NCBI GenBank assembly: GCA_013815775.1
Contig: JACDFN010000004.1
Span: forward strand, 1 to 51,610
Reading direction: 5' to 3'
Length of the DNA stretch: 51,610 bases
Source: Candidatus Saccharimonadota bacterium
GTDB taxonomy: Bacteria > Patescibacteriota > Saccharimonadia > Saccharimonadales > UBA10212
Part shown: one piece after another, positions 51,446-51,610 of the stretch
Layout of the letters: every line of letters starts with the position of its first letter
How positions within the stretch are numbered: position 1 is the first letter of the stretch
The notes under the pieces: model-generated
The model's database searches: none
Told to the model about the DNA's origin: nothing
The model's input: only the letters and a program-made list of their open reading frames with translations
Program-made: the position numbers and the translations under genes

Positions 51446-51610
51446 AAATAGGGTACCCATGACACAATTCGAGCTACCCTGCGCCTGCGACAAAATTGCT
51501 TTGCAACTGCGCAAGGCGGCCTAGCATTACTCACTTAAATCCCGGCCTTACCTTCCCCTAAATGTTGAGTGCGGAGCGCAATTGGCTCCGTCACAGCACT
51601 TTTGGTACAC

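Noticed and set aside
1-51610. CRISPR arrays, IS elements/transposases, integrases, prophage genes, rRNA operons and restriction-modification or other known defence cassettes
   Set aside because: I saw none. There are no spaced direct-repeat arrays, and no DDE, serine- or tyrosine-recombinase motifs in any ORF. The only methyltransferase is a small-molecule-type class I enzyme with no partner nuclease.

Overview
This 51.6 kb window is gene-dense chromosomal DNA from a small-genome, moderately AT-rich bacterium. It holds about 60 protein genes and two tRNA-Ser genes. I found no rRNA, CRISPR array, transposase or integrase. Three traits suggest a Patescibacteria/CPR (Saccharibacteria-like) organism: tight packing (ATGA/TAATG start-stop overlaps, convergent genes overlapping by up to 21 nt), a bifunctional PGI/PMI-type isomerase, and very few biosynthetic genes. 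That assignment is inference only, because no database search was possible.

Core genes:
- rpsT, holA, mutM, polA
- a dnaG-rpoD operon followed by a second sigma factor
- argS, msrB
- groES-groEL with a CIRCE operator
- a murE-like ligase, tsaD, valS, mscL, gdh and a bacterial topoisomerase IB

Accessory modules:
- a membrane protein, two cupredoxins and a MarR regulator
- a translationally coupled Nudix / MazG-like / methyltransferase trio followed by two ORFans
- a MacB-type ABC pair
- a secreted S1-type protease
- a MarR / DUF4331 / TPR / HupE cluster

Most unusual observations:
1. A G+C-rich, codon-usage-foreign transcription unit at about 31130-31858. It has its own promoter and terminator, a 140-codon ORFan, a roughly 190 nt non-coding tail, and 10 nt inverted repeats at the predicted transcript ends.
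2. A G+C-rich, inverted-repeat-flanked, in-frame insertion of about 180 nt inside the essential tsaD gene.
3. A full-length sigma-70 paralog carrying an extra C-terminal LuxR-type HTH.
4. A DnaG primase in which all four zinc-finger ligands are substituted.
5. Twin perfect TTTTCACGTGAAAA palindromes upstream of valS.

All family calls come from motif recognition by eye. Start codons were adjusted where the ORF track clearly over-extends.
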